The position numbers were made by a program, and so were the translations under genes. Under the pieces are notes generated by a model. The model ran no database searches, was not told where the DNA came from, and saw nothing but the letters and a program-made list of their open reading frames with translations. This document shows, in pieces, positions 13,278 to 26,759 of a stretch of DNA of 64,000 nt. The stretch is from Eledone cirrhosa (lineage: Eukaryota), in contig OZ024745.1 in NCBI GenBank assembly GCA_964016885.1, positions 81,592,001-81,656,000 on the forward strand, given 5' to 3'. Each line of letters starts with the position of its first letter. Within the stretch, counting starts at the first letter, position 1.

Positions 13278-13503
13278 AAAATTGTTTCTACTTTAGGCAG
13301 AAGGCCAGCAATGTTGGGAGAAGGGGAAAATCGATTAAATACGCCAGTGCATTACTAGTACTTTATTTTATTGACTCCATAAGGATGAAAGGCAAAGCTA
13401 ACCTCAGCGGGGTTTGAACTTAGAAGGTAAAGGGCCATAACTCTATGCTGCAAAGCATGATGTCCGACGCTCTACTGATTCTGCTAATCCTCCATCACTG
13501 CCA
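13278..13503 (-). mobile_element. SINE family 1 copy
   Basis: reverse complement of the 10930-11120 family. Confidence 0.85.
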
Positions 13504-13699
13504 CCAGTTCCTCTTCGAGAGTCTCTATAGTTTTGATACCAACTGAGGACAGTGCCATCAACAGAGTTTACTGCTAGGCAACAGCATGCACTGCAAGGAA
13601 CTTTTGAAAAATAAATTCAGAGGAGGAGGATTTGAAGGGCGTAAGATGGTTTGTAAAAATAAATGGAAGGAGAGCGGCACGTGATGGGACATATGTAGC

Positions 13700-16300
13700 A
13701 ATGCATGGTAACACCACTGCTTCAGGATGAAATCATGCTTGGAAGTGCAGGCAAATGAGGGCCAAATTGAAAAAAATGCCTCGGGTGTGTGTAGAATTCA
13801 GGACCTATATCACTCAAAGAAAGAAAGTATGGAACAATTAAAGTGGTTTTCCAAAAAGATAGATGTGATTGTCATCAGCAAGACCAGAATTTCCAGTGGC
13901 TACATGGTGTGCAATTCACCGAGTCGTCTGAAATCAGGAGGTGAACAGTTGCTGAGTTGTTTCAGAAAAGACCATCTTCCTAAATCCAGAAGGTAAGTCG
14001 GAGGTGCTGGACATGGCTAGCAGTGAAAGCCAGACCTTCAGACAAATAGCTGTCTACATTCTAATACAGATTTCTTCAGGTATCTAGAGACCTTCTAAGG
14101 AATATCCCACTCATTAGTTTTAGTTAGAGCATGCAGGTTGAGCCTGGATAGGCCTAGAAGATTGGAGCGGAGGACGCAAAATCCTCACAAAATTGTTCAG
14201 ATATTTCAAACTGTCTGACATGTGCTGACTAAATTTCTCGAATGTACCAATATGGACATGGCCAAATCACATCTAGATAGGGTATTCTGTAGGTCAGTAG
14301 ATAGAAATAACATCGGTTGTCTACACAGATCACAAATTTGTGATCTGTGTGGTTGACTTAGTATACATAGGCAGGGACCTTGTTACAGGAAGCTGAATAC
14401 CACATTCCTGGCACACACATAAGTTATAGAGACTGGATCAGTGAACTAGTTAAGTGAACACTGATGAAGGCAATCGACAACAACAAGTGGGGATTTGCCT
14501 TTAAAATATGGCAATTAGAGAAGAATCAATTGGTTTATAAAGGTGCTATTGATAAGGAAAACTATATTAGAAGGTGAGTTAGAAACTTAGAAGCAGTTGT
14601 TACAAAATGGCCAGCTGTGACTCTTGGAGGCTGATTGTTTCAAAAAGTCGATAACAAACACTGAAATAAGGGAGGTGACGGCTATCTGCATGAAGGGAAA
14701 ATTGCCTTGTTTAGATAATCTGCCATATGTGCTTTACGCTTATATGCTAGACTTGTTTGGTGCCCTCTTGGCAGAATGGTAAAATCCCCAGTTCTGTGAA
14801 CCAAGGCGCAGTGGTGCTGTTGAGAAAGGGCCTGACAAGGGGGATCACATAGACAATTTCTAGCCCGTAATTCTGCTGAACACAGAATTCAAGATTTTAG
14901 GTAAGAAGTTAGCAATTCAGTTGGTAGTTGTCTTTGATGTTCTGACTGGGGAGCCACAAACATGTGCCATCCCAAACAGTTCCATCCATGTGATACATTA
15001 CAGAGTTGGTGGGTAAGGAATCTGGTGACAGTGTGGCCCTGATCAACTTAGATCAATCAGCTTTCAATATGTTTGACAATCACCACTTGATGGCTGTCCT
15101 CAAGGCAGCCAATTTTGTCCCCATCTTGAGGGGATGGATCCCTGTAATATACAGCAAGATTAGCTTGGTGGTCAGAGTACATGGCCATCTATCAGAACCC
15201 TTCTGTATTGTGTGCTTGGTCCATCAAATCTAACCTCTCTCATTTCTTCTGCATGTACTAACTCTAAAGCCACTACTGAAGAAACTAGAAATGTTGAGAG
15301 GCATCCTTCATGAATTATGATGCAGAAGATTTGTGCCAGCATATGCAGACAGTGTCACCATAGTAGAGTTGGACATCAATCATATCAAGGTGATCAGCAC
15401 TGTTCTAAGGGAATATGAGGTGGTGACAAGAATGAAAATTAACCATCAAAAGTCAGATGGTCTGCAGCTCAGCACCATAGTGCGCTGGATGGATGGGCCA
15501 GTTAAATTAATTAGGGCTTAGTTTGGTACAGATCTCCTGGTGAACAAGAACCGGGATGAGTTGACATGGTAGCCAGTCTCATTCCAAAAGTGGGCTGGGA
15601 AGAAGTTACCATTGAAAGGTTAGATAGAGGTGGCAAATACTCATATTACCCTTGTCATCTATTACTGCCTGTGCTTTGCCCCATTTCACATCTGACTGGA
15701 CTGAAGCACCTGCTCTTTCAGTTTTTGTGGGAGGGATGTGTCCCACTGGTCAGGCAATCCATTTACTGACAACACCCACCACGCAGAGGACTAGGCATGA
15801 TGTGGTTGATGATGTGCAGACATCCGTTGAAGCTGCGACATCTTCAGCATTTCCTTGATGATTAACAGGTATGCTCACTGTTTGTCAGACACGTCTTTCC
15901 TCACCATATCCCTTTAACAGAGCCCGAGTCCTGAGAGGGAGAAATTGTCAAACGCTCACAGTCCTCTCAGTCGAGCACTGTAGTCAGTGGAAACTCCACT
16001 TTGATGTTTTATAAGAGATTAGTGATGGGTAAAAGCAATGACATTCTCATGGAAACTCTATGCATCAAGAAAATCAATTGGCTAGTCTGTTCTGGGGGAT
16101 ATTTGCTCCAAAAGTCAGGTTAGGAATTCCCAGAAATCCCTCTTTTGGCAGCTAGCAGGGGAAAAGGTAATTGCTGATTTGGAATAAACTTTACAGGCAT
16201 GGAAGTGTCATCTAATGGGCTTGCCTGAGATGCATAGAGGGTGACAAAACTATCCTGCATGCACCCATCCAGTTCCAGAGCATTGCTGACTAAAAATTGA
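13700..16300 (+). pseudogene. heavily decayed L1/Tx1-like LINE ORF2
   Basis: ordered motif relics with stops and frameshifts: DVIVISKTR, WTW, LDRV (APE endonuclease); CLDNLPY, DNF*PVILLNTEFKIL, LINLDQSAFN, AYAD (RT); FLWEG, GLG, CLRC..TILH. Confidence 0.75.
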
Positions 16301-17334
16301 TGCTTCAGCTAATCAGTCACCTAGTCATTTGCCCACTTGAAAATCAGCTTTGTATGGTAAATACTATGATGGGAGGAAAGTTGAGAGCAATTGTTTATAT
16401 AGTTAGCTGTTCAGCTGAAATTTACTGATATCAGGAAATACATACAACATTAAATAAACTTGTCCTTCATTAGCCCTAGGCCCAACCCCGATACAGCAGG
16501 ATCAAAGACATTCCAGCTGTGACCATCTTGTCTGTTGTTTATAACTATATTATGCAACATGCCCTGCTTACTTTGGGGTTTTAGAGATGGTAGGATGATT
16601 GAAGGGAGATTGGGCTACTATTTCTAGCAAATTGAGTGATTGTGCAATGATCCTTCATTGACAGAACTAATTTTCATTGATTATGATAAAATTTAGCAGC
16701 AGGCTAAAAATATTCATTTCATGAAACACCTTACGTGACATGAAAATTTATATGATATATATATATTTGCATGCATACATTGATCTGTAACTCTCAAGGA
16801 AGTCGTTGAGGTGCCATATTGACACAGCGTTTCTGAGGCATTTTAAACACGTGTGTGTGTGTGTATATATATATATAATTAGCATAATACCCATCACAAT
16901 AGATGGGGTTATTATTAGAAATATTTGATTTAATAACTCCTTGATTACAATATTCTATTTAAAGATACTTGAATCTTCGACTTTCTTCTACCTAGCTACC
17001 TATCTTTGAACTATTTCGATTTTTGGCTTGTTGTTGTTCTTGTCCAAAAATAAATACATCTGTAAGGCAGAACGGTAAGTAGATAGATAGATAGACATAT
17101 ATGTAGGTAGATAGTTAGATGTTTTTATTGTCTTTAGTAGATAAATAGCAGTAGTTGACCATTGACCTACTTGTCAACACAGTGTGCGAGAGAAATCGAG
17201 GTAAGGATGTTTTGTTTTGCATGGTTAAAGGGAAGTAAGTCATGCTAAGAGAAATAACTACGTAAATTTATTGTTTGCTTATTTGACATTGTTATTGTTA
17301 TGCAATGAAGAAAAACATTATTTTTGTCAGACTT

Positions 17335-17850
17335 TGGATTGGCAGAGGTGTTAGAATATCGAGCAAATGCTTAGAATACTTCACGTTCTGAGTTCAAATC
17401 CTGCCAAGCGTTGCTTGTCATCCTTTTGGGATTGATAAAGTAAAGTACTGGGAATGATTAAATCGACTTTCCCCTCCACTAAATTAATGGCCTTGTGCCT
17501 AAATCAGAAATCATTATTATGGTCTGAGTTCAAATCCCGCCGAGGTTAACTTTGCCTTTCATCCTAACGGGGTCGATAAAATAAACGTACCAGTAATATA
17601 CTGTAATAATTGCTGGCCTTGTGCCAAAAGTAGAAACAATTATTATGCAGTGAATAAAAGATAACATTGTCTCAGGTATTTGCAAAAATGCTTAAAATAA
17701 TTGTTTCTATTTTAGGCACAAGGCCAGCAAATACCCAGTAGATTATTTTATCGACCCCGTAAGGATGAAAGGCAAAGTTAACCTCGGCGGGATTTGAACT
17801 CAGATCATAAAGGGACGTAACTCTATGCTTCAAAGCATGGTGTCCGACTA
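17335..17850. mobile_element. cluster of three SINE family 1 copies (two plus, one minus)
   Basis: B-box GAGTTCAAATCC at about 17390 and 17526; inverted copy 17697-17850. Confidence 0.85.
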
Positions 17851-17862
17851 GTCACTTAAGTC

Positions 17863-18040
17863 CTGTATATACTTGAATATAAGAAAAAAAAAGATCGTAA
17901 AATGGGGTGAAGGGATCGGCTTATATGCGCCATCTAAACAATGTGTTGATTGGCTGTCTCGGCTTATAAATGGGGTTTGGATTTTGGCCCATTTCTCAGT
18001 CATAAAATGGGGGAGTCAGCTTATATTCGAGTATATACGG
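17863..18040. mobile_element. Tc1/mariner-type MITE
   Basis: TIRs CTGTATATACTTGAATATAAG / CTTATATTCGAGTATATACGG followed by TA. Confidence 0.75.
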
Positions 18041-18499
18041 TAAATGTTGTCTTTGTGCCTCATTGCATAAGTATTTATAATTAGGCATATAATGATACAC
18101 AAACTTTTTTATGAGGATGGTGTTACAGCAATAAACAACTTTATTTATATAAATATTACACGTAATAATTAAAGGAAAAAGAAATTAAGCAACAAAAGAA
18201 AGGGGAATGTTCCAGATTAGGGATTTACCTCCCTTGAATTCGAAAAGTAAATAACCCAAGTAATTTGTATTACTTTTTTAATAGTTGAAGTAGATAAAGT
18301 TTTGAAGTAAAAAAGAACAAAAAAAAAACAAAACAAAACAAAACAAAACACTATATTGAAAATGTTGATGACAGCTTTGTATAAAAGTGAATGCTTTGAC
18401 CAAGTGGTCAAGGTGTTGGACACACAATTAAAAATCGTGGGTTCAATTTCTGAACTGGGCAGCACATTATGGTCTTGATCAAAATACTGCAACTTGTAG

Positions 18500-21400
18500 T
18501 GGCAGTGGGGAATAAACCACAATTCATGACACTATCAGCCATACCGCAGGGCCTCTGATACTGGGAGAGAGAGCGAGAGAGAGGAATAAACCACAATTCA
18601 TGACACTCTCAGTCATACTACATGGCCTCTGAGACTTGAGGGTGGGAGAGAGAGGAATAAATCACAATTGATGATACCCACAGCTATACTGCAGGTGAGA
18701 GAAAGGAATAAACAACAATTGATGAAACCCACAGCTATACCCAAGGGCCTCTGAGACTGGAGGTGAGGGAGGAATAAACCACAATTCATGACAGTCAGCT
18801 ATACTGCAGAGAGGAATAAACAACAATTGATGACACACACAGCTATATTACAGGGCCTCTGAGACTGGGGGTGAGAGAGAGGAATAAACCACAATTGATG
18901 ACGCCCACAGCTATATTACAGGGCCTCTGAGACTGGGGGTGAGAGAGAGGAATAAACCACAATTGATGACACACACAGCTATATTACAGGGCCTCTGAGA
19001 CTGGGGGTGAGAGAGAGGAATAAACCACAATTGATGACACCCACAGCTATATTACAGGGCCTCTGAGACTGGGGGTGAGAGAGAGGAATAAACCACAATT
19101 GATGACACCCACAGCTATATTACAGGGCCTCTGAGACTGGGGGTGAGAGAGAGGAATAAACCACAATTGATGACACCCACAGCTATATTACAGGGCCTCT
19201 GAGACTGGGGGTTGAGAGAGGAATAAACCACAATTGATGAAACCCACAGCTATATTACAGGGCCTCTGAGACTGGGGGTTGAGAGAGGAATAAACCACAA
19301 TTGATGAAACCCACAGCTATATTACAGGGCCTCTGAGACTGGGGGTGAGAGAGAGGAATAAACCACAATTGATGACACCCACAGCTATATTACAGGGCCT
19401 CTGAGACTGGGGGTGAGAGAGAGGAATAAACCACAATTGATGACACCCACAGCTATATTACAGGGCCTCTGAGACTGGGGGTTGAGAGAGGAATAAACCA
19501 CAATTGATGAAACCCACAGCTATATTACAGGGCCTCTGAGACTGGGGGTGAGAGAGAGGAATAAACCACAATTGATGACACCCACAGCTATATTACAGGG
19601 CCTCTGAGACTGGGGGTGAGAGAGAGGAATAAACCACAATTGATGACACCCACAGCTATATTACAGGGCCTCTGAGACTGGGGGTGAGAGAGGAATAAAC
19701 CACAATTGATGACACCCACAGCTATATTACAGGGCCTCTGAGACTGGGGGTGAGAGAGAGGAATAAACCACAATTGATGACACCCACAGCTATATTACAG
19801 GGCCTCTGAGACTGGGGGTGAGAGAGAGGAATAAACCACAATTGATGACACCCACAGCTATATTACAGGGCCTCTGAGACTGGGGGTTGAGAGAGGAATA
19901 AACCACAATTGATGAAACCCACAGCTATATTACAGGGCCTCTGAGACTGGGGGTTGAGAGAGGAATAAACCACAATTGATGAAACCCACAGCTATATTAC
20001 AGGGCCTCTGAGACTGGGGGTGAGAGAGAGGAATAAACCACAATTGATGACACCCACAGCTATATTACAGGGCCTCTGAGACTGGGGGTGAGAGAGAGGA
20101 ATAAACCACAATTGATGACACCCACAGCTATATTACAGGGCCTCTGAGACTGGGGGTTGAGAGAGGAATAAACCACAATTGATGAAACCCACAGCTATAT
20201 TACAGGGCCTCTGAGACTGGGGGTGAGAGAGAGGAATAAACAACAATTGATGACACCCACAGCTATATTACAGGGCCTCTGAGACTGGGGGTGAGAGAGA
20301 GGAATAAACCACAATTGATGACACCCACAGCTATATTACAGGGCCTCTGAGACTGGGGGTTGAGAGAGGAATAAACCACAATTGATGAAACCCACAGCTA
20401 TATTACAGGGCCTCTGAGACTGGGGGTGAGAGAGAGGAATAAACAACAATTGATGACACCCACAGCTATATTACAGGGCCTCTGAGACTGGGGGTGAGAG
20501 AGAGGAATAAACCACAATTGATGACACCCACAGCTATATTACAGGGCCTCTGAGACTGGGGGTGAGAGAGAGGAATAAACCACAATTGATGAAACCCACA
20601 GCTATATTACAGGGCCTCTGAGACTGGGGGTGAGAGAGAGGAATAAACCACAATTGATGACACCCACAGCTATATTACAGGGCCTCTGAGACTGGGGGTT
20701 GAGAGAGGAATAAACCACAATTGATGAAACCCACAGCTATATTACAGGGCCTCTGAGACTGGGGGTGAGAGAGAGGAATAAACAACAATTGATGACACCC
20801 ACAGCTATATTACAGGGCCTCTGAGACTGGGGGTGAGAGAGAGGAATAAACCACAATTGATGACACCCACAGCTATATTACAGGGCCTCTGAGACTGGGG
20901 GTGAGAGAGAGGAATAAACCACAATTGATGAAACCCACAGCTATATTACAGGGCCTCTGAGACTGGGGGTGAGAGAGGAATAAACCACAATTGATGACAC
21001 CCACAGCTATATTACAGGGCCTCTGAGACTGGGGGTGAGAGAGAGGAATAAACAACAATTGATGACACCCACAGCTATATTACAGGGCCTCTGAGACTGG
21101 GGGTGAGAGAGAGGAATAAACCACAATTGATGACACCCACAGCTATATTACAGGGCCTCTGAGACTGGGGGTGAGAGAGAGGAATAAACCACAATTGATG
21201 AAACCCACAGCTATATTACAGGGCCTCTGAGACTGGGGGTGAGAGAGAGGAATAAACCACAATTGATGACACCCACAGCTATATTACAGGGCCTCTGAGA
21301 CTGGGGGTGAGAGAGAGGAATAAACCACAATTGATGACACCCACAGCTATATTACAGGGCCTCTGAGACTGGGAGTGAGAGAGAGGAATAAACCACAATT

Positions 21401-22520
21401 GATGAAACCCACAGCTATATTACAGGGCCTCTGAGACTGGGGGTGAGAGAGAGGAATAAACAACAATTGATGACACCCACAGCTATATTACAGGGCCTCT
21501 GAGACTGGGGGTGAGAGAGAGGAATAAACAACAATTGATGACACCCACAGCTATATTACAGGGCCTCTGAGACTGGGGGTGAGAGAGAGGAATAAACCAC
21601 AATTGATGACACCCACAGCTATATTACAGGGCCTCTGAGCCTGGGGGTGAGAGAGAGGAATAAACCACAATTGATGACACCCACAGCTATATTACAGGGC
21701 CTCTGAGACTGGGGGTTGAGAGAGGAATAAACCACAATTGATGACACCCACAGCTATATTACAGGGCCTCTGAGACTGGGGGTGAGAGAGAGGAATAAAC
21801 AACAATTGATGACACCCACAGCTATATTACAGGGCCTCTGAGACTGGGGGTGAGAGAGAGGAATAAACCACAATTGATGACACCCACAGCTATATTACAG
21901 GGCCTCTGAGACTGGGGGTGAGAGAGAGGAATAAACAACAATTGATGACACCCACAGCTATATTACAGGGCCTCTGAGACTGGGGGTGAGAGAGAGGAAT
22001 AAACCACAATTGATGACACCCACAGCTATATTACAAGGCCTCTGAGACTGGGAGTGAGAGAGAGGAATAAACCACAATTGATGAAACCCACAGCTATATT
22101 ACAAGGCCTCTGAGACTGGGAGTGAGAGAGAGGAATAAACCACAATTGATGACACCCACAGCTATATTACAAGGCCTCTGAGACTGGGAGTGATAGAGAG
22201 GAATAAACCACAATTGATGAAACCCACAGCTATATTACAGGGCCTCTGAGACTGGGGGTGAGAGAGAGGAATAAACAACAATTGATGACACCCACAGCTA
22301 TATTACAGGGCCTCTGAGACTGGGGGTTGAGAGAGGAATAAACCACAATTGATGAAACCCACAGCTATATTACAGGGCCTCTGAGACTGGGGGTGAGAGA
22401 GAGGAATAAACCACAATTGATGAAACCCACAGCTATATTACAGGGCCTCTGAGACTGGGGGTGAGAGAGAGGAATAAACAACAATTGATGAAACCCACAG
22501 CTATACTGCAGAGAGGAATA
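18500..22520. repeat. ~4 kb minisatellite, 67-68 bp unit, roughly 55-60 copies
   Basis: unit GAGAGAGAGGAATAAACCACAATTGATGACACCCACAGCTATATTACAGGGCCTCTGAGACTGGGGGT; diverged left edge, homogeneous core; copy number estimated from length. Confidence 0.98.
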
Positions 22521-22804
22521 ATAAGCCTCAGCTCAGGACCTATCATCCAATCAAGACAGATTGAATAACTGCAATAGAGTGGTGATGTTTATATTGTTAA
22601 TCTGGCTAAACTTGTCTCAGTAACTAGAGGTGACTCATAAATTCAACACGATGGAGATAAGGCCACATCGTAATACACTGTCATAAAAGTTTGGGTTGTG
22701 TTCCATCTAGTTTGCTGTCATGTCTGGTCTGGAAGATTTTCATAGTTACCTTGTATAATTGTATCAATTCTTGAGAACTTACCGAATACTTTAAAATATC
22801 TTTA

Positions 22805-23690
22805 ATAATAATTGTTTCTACTTTTGGCACAAGGCCTGCAATTAACCCAGTGCATTACTGTTACTTTATTTTACCGACTCCGTAAGGATGAAAGGCAAAG
22901 CTAACCTTGGTGGGATTTGAACTTAGAATGTAAAGGGCTGCAAAGCATATTGTCCGACTGCCAATCCATAGCCCTAATAATTGTTTCTACCTTTGGCACA
23001 AGGCCAAAATTATCCCAGTGCATTACTGGTACTTTATTTTATCGACCCCATAAGGATGAAAGGCAAAGTAAACCTTGGTGGGATTTGAACTCAGACCGTA
23101 AAGGGCCATAACTTTATACTGCAAAGCATGGCATCCGACCCTCTACTGATATTGCAATCCACCGCCCTAACAATAATAATTGTTTCTACTTTTTGGCACA
23201 AGGCCAGCAATTACCCAGTACATTACTGGCACTTTTAATAATGATGGTTTCTGATTTAGGCACAAGGCCACCAATTTTGGGGAGAGGGGGAAAGTTGATT
23301 AAACCGACCCCAGTATGTGCTTTAGTTTATCAACCCGGTAAGGATGAAAGGCAAAGCTAACTTCAATGTGATTTAAACTCAGAACGTAAAGGGCTTCAAT
23401 GCTATGCCACAAAGCATATTGTTCAACGCTCTACTGACACTGCCAATCAACCGCCATGATAATAATAATAATAATAATAATAATGATTTCTTTATTTATT
23501 ATCTTTTTTTTTTTATTTTATAATAATAATAATTGTTTCTACGTTAGGCACAAGGCCAGCAATTACTCAGTGTATTACTGGTACTTTATTTTATTGACCC
23601 CGTAAGGATGAAAGGCAAAGTTAACCTCGGCGGGATTTGAACTCAGAATAGCAAGGACCGTAACTCTATGTGCCAAAGCATGGCATTTTA
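22805..23690 (-). mobile_element. head-to-tail cluster of about five SINE family 1 copies or fragments
   Basis: repeated aattgtttctac..ggcacaaggcc..aaggatgaaaggcaaag blocks separated by (AAT)n. Confidence 0.88.
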
Positions 23691-24879
23691 TAATAATAAT
23701 AATAATAATAAATATATATATATAGGTAAAATTCTATTTTGTTTTGGTCGATCTTGTTGTTACGGATTATTTTTAATACCCAGTGAATTTCGTTATAACA
23801 GAATTTCACAGTATCATCATCGTTTAACGTCCATCTTCCACACTAGCATGGGTTTGGACGAATTGATCTCTCTTGCTTACTTTTCCCACTTGGTCATATG
23901 TTTACAAAATATAATTATATGATATTTTTGCATCTAATTTTATGGTACAACTAAATTGAGATGATTTTATTTTGATTTATATCTTTGTTTTTTATGTATA
24001 TATGGAGTTAATCTGAAGAGAGTTAATACTGCCAAGTAATAATATTTTCAAGCTCGATATATTTATGTCATTATAGATGGAAACAAAAATTCAGAAGAGA
24101 TGTTTAAAAAAATAGAATTTAGTGGCATATAATAACAATAAGAGATGACAGAGTAGATTTCTTTAAACCATTTAATGGCTTTACAAATGTTTCAATACAT
24201 CTTATTCAATTAATGCTTATGTTATTTCAATTTAGTTAAAGAGGGAAAATATTGAGTATAACAAAGCATTATTAAATTTTGTACATCTTCAGAAGCACTA
24301 TAAATAATTATGCAATGACCTGGGATTCAGTACATTCTGAAGATAATGTTTTGCTATACTCAATAATTTTCCCTTACACTACAACCGCCTTATCTCTGGA
24401 AAACAGCCCAAACGAGATGAACCTCATTGAGTGCTTCGAACAACACACACCTATTAAACATCTAATTGACACATACACACATATATATATATTCAACAAA
24501 ACATAAAATGAATGAATAATGACATAAAACAATTTTCAAAATAATTTATTTATAAAAAAGTAAAAAGTAAATACCTTAATCATTTTAAATCAAACTAAAA
24601 ATGTATTGCACCATAATTCTAGTCATGATTGTGGAGTAAAATTTTCTAATAGATTTTAAGAAATTGTTTAAATTGCTATGTATGTAGTATGTATGTATGG
24701 TATCGAGTCCTGTTTCTATTAAGTTTGTGTCTCTAGCTAATTAAAATTTGTATAAATTGTCTGAATGTTACTGTGTAAAATGTTATTGCATCAGCATTGC
24801 CCATAATGGTATACAAATCCTCTATTTTAATAATGATATTTCATAGATTAACCTAAAGTTGAATGGAGACTATATTTGT

Positions 24880-25200
24880 GTATGATCATGTATACAAGCA
24901 GCTGAAATGGGGTTCCTTTGAAGGATCTTTGGAGTAATGTTACTTGATAATAACATTGAAAGATCACAGCTCTGATACTACAGACATGTGGTTAGTATGT
25001 CTCAGGAACGAACTGGGCAGATTTTTATGGGCAAGATGGTTGGATAGCATCCATGAGCTCGGCTGATCTCGCTTGGGTTATCCAGCCAGATCAATTGGAG
25101 ATGGTTGCTTCTGACAAGACCCGCTGGAAGGCATGCTTAAGGACTCTGCGCCCCATGATCCACCCAGGAATAAGTGGGTAAAGAAGAAGAAGGATAGGGA
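24880..25200 (+). mobile_element. old RTE-type LINE 3' fragment (related pieces at 34140-34290 and 39020-39090)
   Basis: IQAAEMGFL*RIFGVMLLD relic and shared agatggttggata..catccatgagctc block. Confidence 0.6.
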
Positions 25201-25410
25201 GGAAGAGGTGAGGAAGTCTGAATGTCAGTTTGAAAGGCTTCAAGATAAAATTGTCTAGTCTTAAGATCATTTATATAGAAAAGAATTTTGGACAATAAAC
25301 TTTCAGTTTGGTTCTAGACCTATGACAAACAAGATAATAAAAGGTACTTTTCTTTTACTTCAAAAAAGCCTTAAAAAAAGCTCCAATATCACAGTTTAAA
25401 ACTCAACAAC

Positions 25411-25599
25411 TTAAAATGTCGATTTTATATTTAACAAGTTTTTTACACTTTCTTTATATGCCATTAAGTTCTCAGTATTTTCACCTTCATCAATTAATGA
25501 TGTTAGAGCTTTTTTATAGGCCTGGACTTGAGGTAAAGCAACTACCTTTTCTTCAGAGACATCTGAGAGTAGATAAGGAAGATGGTTCTCTTTGGAGAC
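25411..25599 (-). CDS. MRPS35: MRPS35 last coding exon
   Basis: tgtag acceptor, 189 nt ending in TAA; VSKENHLPYLLSDVSEEKVVALPQVQAYKKALTSLIDEGENTENLMAYKESVKNLLNIKSTF*, cf. human C-terminus YKESVKRLLN. Confidence 0.93.
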   Translation of the reverse strand, partial: VSKENHLPYLLSDVSEEKVVALPQVQAYKKALTSLIDEGENTENLMAYKESVKNLLNIKSTF

Positions 25600-25776
25600 C
25601 TACATTGAGAAAACATAATGAATAGAACATAACATATTAAAAAAAAAAAAAAATTACAATTGTATTGATGAAGGTAATAAAGTGATTCGAATGATGATGA
25701 ACATACGCCATTTTTTGGCAGTAGCACTAACATAATTCATATAATCACAGCAAGACTCTCATATGTTTATTATACA

Positions 25777-26759
25777 CTAGCATTAAGGCCTGGCGTTGCT
25801 CAGGGTCAGTAAGTTACCAAAGTTAGGTTGCACCACCCATTTTATGGCAGCACTGGGTGAATGAATTGCAGACCTGGACTGCCGAAGCAGGAGCTGCGCC
25901 AGCAGTGACAATTGTAATTTCGCCTATGGATATTATCTTTGTGCAAAGAAGTGTTGAAATTTATTGTTTCACAGTACTTGCGCAACACGCGCGTAGACGA
26001 TGCCAGCCGAACAACAGAGCTGCGATGGAGTTGTTCTGCATGGTTGTCTAATGTGTGTTTTCTAAATTTAAGACAGTAGGAGGAGTGTGACATGGGGAGA
26101 GTTAGCTGCTGTTTCTAGCAGGTTTAGTGACCTCATAGAGGATATGTTTTCTAAATTTAAAACAGTAGGGAGGGGTGTGATATGGGGGAGAGTTAGCTGC
26201 TGTTTCTAGCAGGTTTAGTGACCTCATAGAGGATATTATTGTGTATAGTAAATGAACTGATACTCCTTTCTTCACACGTTCGTTGATAGATGTTTTAAAA
26301 AAGATTTATCGCTATTTTTGTTGTTGTTGAATAAATTTATCTGTTGCTTTTGAATAATTGTTGTTTCGTATGAAATGTAATAAGTTCTCTTTGTCATTGA
26401 AGTAAATAAATGTTTGACCGTTCCACACTCAAAAACAAACGTTCCCTCTCTCTCTCTTAAAGTTTGTAAGTTTAATCATATATAAGAGAAAGTTGCAGCA
26501 TGTATGTAGTTTTATCGAATTTTAAGGAGAGTAGAGAGAGATAATCAGATTGTATTAGAGGGGTAAAGTGTCATGTATTTAGTTTTATCAATTATTTCCG
26601 TAATTGTTGGTGAGTTTGAATGAAATAAATAGTCGTTGACCTAAGTTAGACCATTTACAACATTCTTACAGACTTTGAGTCGAATCGGTTTGAAATTGTG
26701 CAAATGTATAAACATGGAGCATGCACACACAACAACAATCTGCCTTTTATAGATAATGA
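25777..26759 (-). mobile_element. non-autonomous Helitron in last MRPS35 intron
   Basis: minus-strand 3' end CCTGAGCAACGCCAGG..CTAG-T, homologous to 7317-7345; 5' end TCTATAAAAGGCAGATTGTTGTGTG; internal ~90 bp tandem duplication 26055-26235. Confidence 0.75.

Noticed and set aside
18500-22520. CRISPR array or true hammerhead satellite
   Set aside because: No unique spacers and a eukaryotic context. TGATGA plus a stem is followed by GAGA rather than GAAA, and stems I/III cannot be formed.
25842-26093. Helicase or captured gene fragment in the second Helitron
   Set aside because: GC-rich, but no convincing Rep/helicase motif in the frames inspected.
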